The notes below the pieces were generated by a model, which saw only the letters and a program-made list of their open reading frames with translations, was not told where the DNA came from and searched no databases. Position numbers and translations under genes: made by a program. From Candidatus Obscuribacterales bacterium (GTDB taxonomy: Bacteria; Cyanobacteriota; Vampirovibrionia; Obscuribacterales; Obscuribacteraceae), in the NCBI GenBank assembly GCA_965228855.1, contig CBDDIJ010000005.1, positions 192,001 through 256,000 of the forward strand: a DNA stretch of 64,000 nt, read 5' to 3'. Below, in pieces: positions 32,380-41,438 of this stretch. How positions within the stretch are numbered: the stretch's first letter is position 1; each line of letters begins with the position of its first letter.

Positions 32380-32905
32380 TCCGACCTCGCACTCCTTGCA
32401 AAGCTGTCAACCACAAAATTACTCCGTCTGAATGTTATTCACATTAATGAACGTGCGTCATCTGAAGAGAGATGCAGTTGAACTATCAAAATTCCGGCAG
32501 CAAGACCGAGTGCCACATTTGAGAGAAGCCATTTCGGGGCTAAATGACGTTCGATACACTATTCCATGTGAGTTCAAGCAATTTTTGTGAACTAGATATG
32601 TTGAATCCCTTAGCTGTCTACAGCATTCGGCTGTGGACGCTTGGGCTCACGAACACCGGCAGTTTTCACAGTGGAGCTTTAAGAGAGGCGCTGCAACATT
32701 GGAGACGTAAGCTTTCTGTTTCTGCCGATGCACCGCATCTAGTGTCACGCCGCAAGAGTCGCAGATCTGCAACATAGCGATCTGATAAGTCAACCATCCC
32801 TTGACAATCAGTGATTTAATCTTGGTCCTTTATGGGCGCGCAACTTCGAGCGCTTGACGTCCACGTCATTAATTAGGGAAATCTACTATACTAGGATACA
32901 CTTGT

Positions 32906-33901
32906 ATGGGTACCTGGAAGCGACCAATGCCATTTGACGTTGTGACAAAACTGAGTTTGCCAATTTTAGCGCTCGTGCAATCAGGCATGAGTCGTAGTCA
33001 GATTCACGCGCATATTCCGCTTCTGGAGGGTAAAGCGGTTCAGACACCGCAAGACTTGGTCGAAGCACTCAGATCGCCAGCTGATAGTATTGATGCTTTT
33101 GGCAGTGCTTGGAGCAACTCACTACGTACAGTCGAGCGTTGCGAGAAGCTCGGAGTTAGCATACTGTCTTTGTTCGATTCCAACTTTCCTAACCGGTTGC
33201 GCTCAATCAAGGACAGTCCAGTTTTACTATTTGCTAGAGGCGACGTCAGCGCGCTTCGTGCGCCGATCTCAGCCGCTGTGATAGGGACCCGCGAACCAAC
33301 TGCTTATGGTCAGGGGGCCGCATACAAAATAGCCCGTTATCTCGCGGAGTGCGGTTTGGCAGTGGTTAGTGGGCTCGCTCGAGGATGCGATACGCAGGCT
33401 CACCGTGGCTGTATCGATGGTTTTGGGCAAACAGTCGCGGTACTTGCTCATGGTCTGGACACTGTTTATCCTCCAGAAAACGCGGGTCTTGCTTTTCGGA
33501 TTGTGGAAAGTGGCGGTTGCCTGCTTTCGGAATACGCGCCGGGTGTCAGACCAGGCGGATTTGCTTTCGTAGAACGAGACCGACTTCAGAGTGGTCTTAG
33601 TGACGCAACTATTGTGATTGAGACTGGTGTCAAAGGCGGTACACTCCACACTGCAAATTTCTGCTTGCAACAAGGTCGCATACTTGCAGTGATGGCGCAC
33701 CCGCCGAAACTGCAGAATGCTGAGAAGGCTCAGGGAAATAAGATGCTCATTCAAAAGCGAGGCGCTCTAGCAATCGCGAATCGTGAAGAACTGGAGACTA
33801 AAGTGCTTAGTTTTATGCTGAGCTGCAGAGCTGGCAAAGAAGATCCGGCAGACTGGAAACCTAATAAACAGCTTTCGGTTTTGTTGAAATGTGCGCCTTG
33901 A
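32906..33901 (+). CDS. DprA/Smf-like protein 1
   Basis: AVIGTR, VVSGLARGCDTQAH, AVLAHGLD, LLSEY, ERDRLQSGLS, GGTLHTA. Confidence 0.92.
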   Translation: MGTWKRPMPFDVVTKLSLPILALVQSGMSRSQIHAHIPLLEGKAVQTPQDLVEALRSPADSIDAFGSAWSNSLRTVERCEKLGVSILSLFDSNFPNRLRSIKDSPVLLFARGDVSALRAPISAAVIGTREPTAYGQGAAYKIARYLAECGLAVVSGLARGCDTQAHRGCIDGFGQTVAVLAHGLDTVYPPENAGLAFRIVESGGCLLSEYAPGVRPGGFAFVERDRLQSGLSDATIVIETGVKGGTLHTANFCLQQGRILAVMAHPPKLQNAEKAQGNKMLIQKRGALAIANREELETKVLSFMLSCRAGKEDPADWKPNKQLSVLLKCAP

Positions 33902-34413
33902 AATTTGACGGAATCATTTTTGATCTCGATATGACTTTGGTGGATTCAAGATGCATCGCTCATCATCATGCCCGGTTTCAAAGAACCCACTTCGCAAAGG
34001 CAATCGAGAAAGTCCCGCTGATAGTTGTGTATCCTGGTGTGCGAGAGCTGCTCGCAAGTGCAAGCGCGAAAGGGTTGCCAACGATAATAGTGACTAATTC
34101 AAAAGGCGACTACTGTAACGCGGTTGTTAAGCACCATAGATTGCCGGTCAAGGATAGTATCTGCTTTGGTGATACCGAGAGACGAAAACCGCATCCAGAG
34201 CCAATGCTACTCGCAGCTAAGCGATTGAACATTAGTCCGGATAAGATTGTGGCAATCGGAGATCGCCATTACGACATCGCGGCAGCAAATGAGGCAGGAA
34301 TGATAAGCGTAGCAGCTCTTTGGGCATGCACCGCTCCAGCCAGCGTGAAGGCGGCCAATCCTGCTCATTTGTGCTCAAGCGTAGAAGAGTTTGCGAGGTT
34401 GGTAGGCTTGTGA
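33889..34413 (+). CDS. HAD-IA hydrolase (phosphoglycolate phosphatase-like)
   Basis: IFDLDMTLVDS, IVTN, KPHPEP, IGDRHYDIAAA. Confidence 0.92.
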   Translation: MCALKFDGIIFDLDMTLVDSRCIAHHHARFQRTHFAKAIEKVPLIVVYPGVRELLASASAKGLPTIIVTNSKGDYCNAVVKHHRLPVKDSICFGDTERRKPHPEPMLLAAKRLNISPDKIVAIGDRHYDIAAANEAGMISVAALWACTAPASVKAANPAHLCSSVEEFARLVGL

Positions 34414-34421
34414 GGTGGTAA

Positions 34422-35393
34422 ATGTCTGATACCGCAATCGGTGATCCGAAGGTTCCGTTCTCTACGACTAACATTGTCCACGCGCTCAATTACGCAGTGT
34501 TGTCGCGACTGCTAAACTATTCCGATTCTAGGCTTCATGCGCTACGCCCTCAATGGGACGAGATAATGTTTATGAACCGCCTGATAATTAGACAACCCGA
34601 AGCGGTGATGAGGGAGTTGAGCGTTGAGTTTGTGAAGCTCCAAGAGGCTTACGAGGATGTACTGAGAAGTTTTCGCTCCAGCTCCGCGGAGGAAGTTCAG
34701 GTCCTCACCATTAAGGATCCGCTCTACCCTCAGCATCTTAAGGGGCTACATAGACCGCCGCCCGTATTGTTTCTTCAAGGGCAGCCTAATTTATTTGAAA
34801 AGCGAAGTGTGGCCGTCGTCGGAACGCGCAGCCCTTCGGAGGAAGGAGCCCGCCGAGCTCAGCGGATTTGTATCGAACTCGCGGAGTTCGGATTGAATGT
34901 CGTATCCGGACTGGCAAAAGGGATCGATACATTCTCACATACCGCAACTCTCAAGGCCGGAGGCACGGCAATCGCTGTGATTGGGACGCCACTGGGGCAA
35001 GCTTCGCCGCGGCAGAACTCTGCGCTTCAGGAAATAATCGCGAAGAATCATCTACTAGTCTCACAGTTTGCGCCTGGGCATCCAGTAAAAAAGTGGAACT
35101 TCCCGCTACGCAACAATACTATGGTTGGTTTAAGCGACGCTACGGTTATAGTGGAAGCTAGTACCGAGGGTGGTGGCGCAAAGATTCAGGGTGAATACTG
35201 CCTTAAAGCTGGAAGGAAATTGTTTATCATGAAGAGTTTCGCATCCAGGCAGACGCCTTGGGTTAACAGTTTCATCGAAAGAGGGGCAACCGTACTAGAT
35301 AGCGTAGACGTGCTACTGGGCGAACTTCGGTCAGCGACTCCTCCGACGAGCTCTTCCGGAGGATTTGCATTAGCGGCGAGGAAATCGAATTAG
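34422..35393 (+). CDS. DprA/Smf-like protein 2
   Basis: AVVGTR, VVSGLAKGIDTFSH, AVIGTPL, VSQF, NFPLRN, TVIVEA. Confidence 0.92.
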   Translation: MSDTAIGDPKVPFSTTNIVHALNYAVLSRLLNYSDSRLHALRPQWDEIMFMNRLIIRQPEAVMRELSVEFVKLQEAYEDVLRSFRSSSAEEVQVLTIKDPLYPQHLKGLHRPPPVLFLQGQPNLFEKRSVAVVGTRSPSEEGARRAQRICIELAEFGLNVVSGLAKGIDTFSHTATLKAGGTAIAVIGTPLGQASPRQNSALQEIIAKNHLLVSQFAPGHPVKKWNFPLRNNTMVGLSDATVIVEASTEGGGAKIQGEYCLKAGRKLFIMKSFASRQTPWVNSFIERGATVLDSVDVLLGELRSATPPTSSSGGFALAARKSN

Positions 35394-36703
35394 TGTTCTT
35401 TTCGATCGAGCGAGTGCGAAACGTTTTTGTTTGTGTGCACGACTTTTCGCTACGCAACTCAGTACTAATAGCTGAGATTTCCAGCCGATTCTCCGGCTTC
35501 AATGTAGTTTGGTTATCTCTGGAGTCTGATGATTGGTGGACGGACTGCAAATTGTCCGAGCCGTACACCCCTACATCCAGTATAGAATCAAGCTTGTTTC
35601 AAAACGTCATGCGGCGTGCGATGCGTGAAGAGAATATGAAGCGTTGCGAAACTGTGGTTGTGTCCACGCATCCGAGAGCACTTAGAGCCGCTGTCAAGCT
35701 TTTACTTGGAACGATCTATCTCGATCTTGACAAAAACATCAACAAAACAGATGCTATTGACATCGGAGTCGACTTTCAGGCCTCTTCAGCGGATGACGCA
35801 GCAAGTCAGCTAAGCGGCAGCACAGTTGGGTTCGCTACTGAGTTCTTCGCAAAAACATCTATCAACTATCAGGGAACGCCTTGGCAGGCGACCACAAGGG
35901 GTGGTAGATTGCTTAGCTATGGCTGGTTAGACAATCAAGAGACTAGGACCAAGGAATTCTATGGAGGGCGTTACTTTAGCGACTGCCGCCACGACTTACA
36001 TCCTTTAAGCCTTCGGATTATAGATTCAAAAAAATTCTGGAAAAAACAAATACCGGCCTTCAGAGAGGCCTTCGCTTTCCTGATTAAGTGCGCCACTAGT
36101 GGGAACTATGACCTTATAGCGCATGTCCCTCCTAAACCTGGACAACAAGATCGGTTTAAAGAAATACTACAAGAGATTCACCTAGAAGCAGAATTGAAAG
36201 AGTACGGTGCAACTGCAGCGCAACAGAGAAATGACCTTCTGACTTGTGTGCGCGACTACGGATCTATCAAAAACTTTGCCGCCGTTCAAAGAAAGCAAAT
36301 GGTCCAAGGCGCGTTCGTTGCTTCCGATGCTGTAGCAGGTAAGCGGGTAGTGCTCCTCGATGATGTGCGCACCACAGGTAGCACCACCGGCGAATGCGCG
36401 AAAGTTTTACGTGAGGCGGGCGCCGTTTCTGTCGTCCCGATATGCCTAGCATACAAGCCTTTTCATGATTTAAATTTCGGGATAGAAGATACACCTCCGT
36501 ACAGCAAATGCTGCGACTGGCCGGGCAGCATTCTCGTAACAAAAGGGGGAGAGGTGCTTTATGGTTGCTCCGCGTATCATTCAGGAGATAAAACTTCTCA
36601 CAAATATCAAAATTTCTGTGAAGTTCGAAGAATTATGCTCGAACAATCTGAGGCGGATCTTATGCGCGAGGACGATGAGCTTCGCGCAAACGTACCGTAT
36701 TAG
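35393..36703 (+). CDS. ComF-like phosphoribosyltransferase with a degenerate N-terminal HAD-like region and a C-terminal Zn-ribbon-like tail
   Basis: HVPPKP, KRVVLLDDVRTTGST, LREAGA; tail CCDW...YGCSAY; TAGTG overlap with DprA2. Confidence 0.85.
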   Translation: MFFSIERVRNVFVCVHDFSLRNSVLIAEISSRFSGFNVVWLSLESDDWWTDCKLSEPYTPTSSIESSLFQNVMRRAMREENMKRCETVVVSTHPRALRAAVKLLLGTIYLDLDKNINKTDAIDIGVDFQASSADDAASQLSGSTVGFATEFFAKTSINYQGTPWQATTRGGRLLSYGWLDNQETRTKEFYGGRYFSDCRHDLHPLSLRIIDSKKFWKKQIPAFREAFAFLIKCATSGNYDLIAHVPPKPGQQDRFKEILQEIHLEAELKEYGATAAQQRNDLLTCVRDYGSIKNFAAVQRKQMVQGAFVASDAVAGKRVVLLDDVRTTGSTTGECAKVLREAGAVSVVPICLAYKPFHDLNFGIEDTPPYSKCCDWPGSILVTKGGEVLYGCSAYHSGDKTSHKYQNFCEVRRIMLEQSEADLMREDDELRANVPY

Positions 36704-36953
36704 AGACTCTTTAGTGTGCCTTCAGATGAGAACAGCCCTATCGAGCACTTTTGCTCAAGACCAAGAACTTACAGACGGTCCATTCTCCTAATTTGATGTG
36801 TCACACTTTGCTACGCCTGCGGAAGCAGCGACGCATCACCCTCGACAACGTCCTGCTTGAACTCGAAACCGGGCTATTCACCGATGCCCTTGCAATCTAT
36901 GACAGATACATCATGAAGCTTGCCTTCATCACTCCCAAAGAGGAGTGCTGTGT

Positions 36954-37214
36954 TTAGTGGCGAGATTTGCCAGGCTTTGCATAGAGAGCGCTTAGAAACG
37001 ATGCAATCTCACATCCTTCAAAGTTCGCGGGTTGTCCGTCATTGCGCATCATCAACTCGTCACGAGCTGCTTGCTCCAACGTTGCCTCGTCGCGATTCAG
37101 TGCCTTTATCGCTTTTTCTAAGGACGTCTGAATCAATCTTCTGTTCAAGCTTGGCTGCAAGTCTGATTGCCAGGAATAGAAGACTGAGAGTATTCTTTCT
37201 TCAGCAGCGCTCAT
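36954..37214 (-). pseudogene. N-terminal fragment of a TIR/NDT-like Rossmannoid protein
   Basis: SVFYSWQSDL...NRRLIQTSLEKAIKAL, then the similarity breaks off. Confidence 0.5.
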
Positions 37215-37602
37215 TTATTCCGAGCCTCCGATCATTGGTGTCGTATGCGGTGCCATCCAACTTTCTCTCCGGCTTACTCGGAGAATAGCCATTGCCCGAC
37301 AAGAGTGAATCCTGGCAAAATTTTCCGAGAGCAAGCGACCGATGTGAAGCTTGCGTAGGTAGGCTTTAAGGCCGCTTTGTGCATGGACTGGACGGCTCGA
37401 CATGTCCAGGTTAACGAGCTGCTGAAGGGGACGCAGCTCATTTGCCATGAGTGCAAGTCGCAAAAAATATTGGCAATGCGGCTAAACCGCTGCGCGATTA
37501 AGATCAAATTTACAACATCCGGGTTGGGTGTCCATAATCAATAAACGTAGACAAGACAAACGCATTGTGAATGCCGTCAGCCAACATGTGTCCGTGACGG
37601 GT

Positions 37603-38721
37603 TCAGCGGATAACTAACTCACGAGCAAGATTAACCTCGTTAATGTGCACCCATACCAAACCTTTGCAGAATTCACAGGTCCCAGCATATGCATGACGAT
37701 TCGATTTTAGGATGCTCTGATTCCAGCTTGAACGATCAATGACTGTTTCAACACACTGGCCGCAACAGATATCCTTACCACGAATGTATGCCTGAGTTCG
37801 CTTCTTGGCACCTGCGGCACGAATCTTCTTCACGTGCGACTCTCGAATTCGCCTGTCAGCTCGGTGAGCGGCGTTGATTTCATGTGTTATAAACCCAACG
37901 CATTTCAAAAGGTAGTCTTTTTTATACGCCCCAAGTTCGTCCTTGAACGTACAGTGTGGCACTCTTGGTCCGTCTCCGGTTCCTGCTGTGGGATCTGAAC
38001 CACCACCGTGACTATGAAACGTCCAACAATATTTGCACCAAACTACTAAAGAATGGCAATCAAGCCTAGTTTCAGAGGGAACCGCGTACGCGGGAAGAGT
38101 CACATGTCCATTCTCATCAACGGCTAGCGGACGACAGTGCTCACATTCGTGTTCACGGAAATCACGGTTCGGCTTGGACTCCTTAAACGGTGCCGGCCAA
38201 GGAATGGAATTCTCGGGCCATGGTTTGAGAAGCGCGATGTCATTGCTTATCCGACGTTTGAGCTTTGGTTGTTGATGAATCGTCGCCTCCAGGACTGACA
38301 TGGCGTCAAGCAACATTACCAAATGCTTCTTTGTCGTCGAACTGCCAGACTTAGAAACGCATTCCGAAATTTCACTAAAATAGGTCTTCTGTCTTGAGAC
38401 ATCCTCATTCAGATACTCAGAGAGTGGCGGGTATTGATCAGCGCCACCGTAATAAATGTTCGGTGCATCACGTTCGACCACTCGCCAATAATCGTTATCC
38501 AACTCCGATTTAAACGAAGAAAAAAGCGAACATATCTTGGTGATGTTTCTATACGCAGTCGATTGACGTCCGAACATTCGGCTTATTTCTAGAAAAAGGC
38601 GCTCCCATCTACTTTGACTCTGACGCAGTTGGGGGGCAAAAGACTGATGCTGTTTAACAGTAAGCATGACAAATCCTCGATGAAATTTTAGGGAACTCGG
38701 AATGGGCGCGCGTAGCGCCAC
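37603..38721 (-). CDS. hypothetical multi-Zn-finger protein
   Basis: CEHC, WCKYCWTFHSHG...HC, CGQC...GTCEFC motifs; start probably at MLTVKQ. Confidence 0.65.
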   Translation of the reverse strand: MALRAPIPSSLKFHRGFVMLTVKQHQSFAPQLRQSQSRWERLFLEISRMFGRQSTAYRNITKICSLFSSFKSELDNDYWRVVERDAPNIYYGGADQYPPLSEYLNEDVSRQKTYFSEISECVSKSGSSTTKKHLVMLLDAMSVLEATIHQQPKLKRRISNDIALLKPWPENSIPWPAPFKESKPNRDFREHECEHCRPLAVDENGHVTLPAYAVPSETRLDCHSLVVWCKYCWTFHSHGGGSDPTAGTGDGPRVPHCTFKDELGAYKKDYLLKCVGFITHEINAAHRADRRIRESHVKKIRAAGAKKRTQAYIRGKDICCGQCVETVIDRSSWNQSILKSNRHAYAGTCEFCKGLVWVHINEVNLARELVIR

Positions 38722-38929
38722 TGAATTTCGCCCGGGTTCGGAATGCCACTAGAGTAGCCGATACCAATCAATCTGGAAAGACGGCCGAGCACATGCACAG
38801 TGCATATCGGATTTCGTCTTTCCACATCCATACCAAATAAAGTACAAAATAAAGTGCGTCAGAATCGCAATCTTCAGACTTGTGGTGACGTCTATTTAAC
38901 AACGTACAACTTTCGAGCAAGCTTCTCCG

Positions 38930-39179
38930 TCAAGTCACCTTCCAGTGAATCAACTTCCAATACCTGCTCTGGTCGGGCGTCAGGGATGCGAAATATTCCC
39001 CGAGTTGGTCAAGCGCATCTCGTTTATCTTTGTCAGCGAACCGCACATAGATCTGCGTGGATTGGCTGTCTGGGTGTTAAAACTTTACCGATCAGATGCA
39101 ATGGCACACCTTGTTGCACCAAAAACGAAGCACCGGTCATTCGGAGATCGTGGATTCGAACATCCTCGACATTGGCACG
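38930..39179 (-). pseudogene. C-terminal remnant of a tyrosine integrase (not in the ORF track)
   Basis: Minus-strand translation RANVEDVRIHDLRMTGASFLVQQGVPLHLIGKVL/HPDSQSTQIYVRF with one frameshift. Confidence 0.8.
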
Positions 39180-39307
39180 CCCCCTCGACTCCTCGGCTGT
39201 CACCAATTGTGATGCCTTCGTCTTTGATTATATTTGAAAGTGCCTGAATCAGATTGAAACCACTTCTCTACATGGTCTCTACAAAATTACGAACCAGCAC
39301 GACAATT

Positions 39308-40608
39308 TGAGTGGCCCGAGACATAGGTAACAGATCGTTCCGGAGACATAGGTTACACTTTTGCGTTTTCTTAACGAGGACCGAGGTGGATGCCGTGGAA
39401 GGAGAGTTCTGTTTTGGACGAGAGAATACGTTTCGTTATTCGCCACAAAGATGGTGAGGACATGAGTTCGCTGTGTCGTGAATTTGGTATTTCACGAAAG
39501 ACCGGATACAAAATCATCGAGCGCTATGAGCAGTGCGGTTTCGACGGTTTAACCGATCGGAGTCGAAGACCCATTCGATATGCGAACGCCATGCCGCCTC
39601 AGGTTGAAGCGGCGATTGTTGCTGCGAAAAAAGAAAAACCCAGCTGGGGTGCGCGAAAAATTCGCGAACGCCTGGTGCGTACATTGCCGCATGAGATCAA
39701 AGTGCCAGCGATCAGCACTATCCATACCGTTCTTGACAGATACGACCTCGTGAAGAAAGAAAAGAGAAGAAGACAACGCACACAAGGCACATCATTGTCA
39801 GAGGGTGCTCAACCCAATGATCTTTGGTGCACAGACTAGAAGGGTGAATTTCAGCTAGGTAACAACCAGTACTGTTACCCACTGACCGTCACTGATCATG
39901 CATCTCGCTATCTACTGCTGTGCGAGGCGATGGAATCAAACAAAGAACAATTTGCTCTAACTGCATTCGAGAGACTATTCAAAGAACGAGGGATGCCGCA
40001 GGCCATCCGCTCTGACAACGGTGTTCCATTTGCGTCTCCGAATGGCTTGTTCAACCTGTCGAAACTATCCGTGTTCTGGTTACGGCTGGGCATCAGTATT
40101 GAGCGAATTAGACCCGGGCACCCACAGCAAAATGGTAGGCACGAACGCATGCATCTAACTCTCAAGAAGGAGGCTACAAGACCAGCAGGAGCAAATATTT
40201 TTCAACAACAGGCAAAGTTTGATACGTTTATCGATGAGTTCAACAACGAACGACCACACGCCGCGCTGGAAATGAAGTTTCCTTCGGAAATCTATGTCGC
40301 TTCGACTAGAGTCTATGAAGGCATTCCTGAACCTCATTATCCATTTCACGACAAAACGGTGAACGTCACAAACTGCGGCCGCCTGTGCCTTTACCGAAAG
40401 AAAATAAATCTTACTCGAAGTCTCGCAGGACAAGCAGTTGGAGTGAAGGAAGTCGATGACGGCGTTTGGTTAGTGAGCTTTATGCAGTATGATTTAGGAT
40501 ACGTGGACCTAGAGGAAAAAACTTTGCAGCCGCTCGAAAATCCGTTTGGGCCGAAAGTGTAACCCTTGTCTTCGGAACGTTCTGTAACCCTTGTGTCCGG
40601 GCCGGACA
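39308..40608 (+). mobile_element. IS481-family insertion sequence
   Basis: About 50-bp imperfect terminal inverted repeats (TGAGTGGCCCG...GGTTACA / TGTAACC...CGGGCCGGACA) around a DDE transposase; no matching target duplication seen. Confidence 0.88.
39390..40562 (+). pseudogene. IS481 transposase with a nonsense codon
   Basis: MPWKE...FGISRKTGYK, LWCTD*KGEF (TAG at 39837), IRSDNGVPF, PQQNGRHER; a single frame throughout. Confidence 0.92.
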
Positions 40609-40621
40609 CCCGGAAAACGAC

Positions 40622-40663
40622 CGCGCCCTGTAGGACTCGAACCTACGACCTCTTGGTTCGAAG
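40622..40663 (-). repeat. 3' half of tRNA-Arg(UCG), att-like remnant
   Basis: Reverse complement reads CT-TCG-AA CCAAG AGGTC GTAGG TTCGAGT CCTAC AGGGCGC G; the 5' half is absent. Confidence 0.8.
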
Positions 40664-41438
40664 AAAAAAAATGTTCATCATACTCTCCGTTGAAGACGTG
40701 CACCGGGAGAGCCAATGCGGCAAATTGATTATGAAAGACACGAAGTCGCAGAACTTCCTGGTGCAGAAATTCGCTGCCGAGCTAGGCTTCTAGTTCGTGC
40801 TGAATTTGCTCCAGAGCTGGTATCGCATTCAACACTTCTTCTCTGGTTGTGCTGGTTGGGTGCAATTCCGAAAGCTTTGCAGTGTGAGCCTCTTCGAGAA
40901 AATGAATGTTCGGTTGAATTTTTTATATAGAGGTGTCGTGCGCTTCTCTTCTGGATAAGGTGCAGGGAAGCTCCCCCGAAACCTCTAGTCAATAGAGGTT
41001 TCCCTCTCTAGAATTAATAAATCCAGCCCCGCTCAGCACCAAGTGCTTGTTTTTGCGACTGCGCGATCGCACGCGATATACTAACAATCTGTCTTAAAGT
41101 TTCCTACGACACTACCAGTAGTATCATGACGAATTGCTGATTTTCAGAGACGTGAAACTCCGGTGCCCATATGCGTTCGGAGGATAACACCGTTTAATAT
41201 TAAATACGTTCGATCGACAAAAGATCACCCTAGAGAATGAAAAACGTATGTATGGCACGAGCACCAAAGGTGGTACCAGCTACTCTTTTGCAAATTAATG
41301 ACGCAAATTTGAATGCGACGTGCATAATGGAGATAGCGAGGACCGCATACGCAGTCGTAGCAGGCATCTCTAGCACCATATAACATCCACCAATTTTCCC
41401 AGTCATAAGCAGACTGGAAAGCGACAGGCTTTCGATAT

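Noticed and set aside
32906..36703. Natural-competence dprA/comF locus
   Set aside because: Two DprA copies with a HAD, inside an island and without other com/pil genes, fit a defence context better.
39837..39839. Amber recoding or readthrough (in-frame TAG in IS481 and in integrase 1)
   Set aside because: Intact genes such as katG and DprA2 end in TAG, and integrase 1 has other lesions, so simple nonsense mutation suffices.
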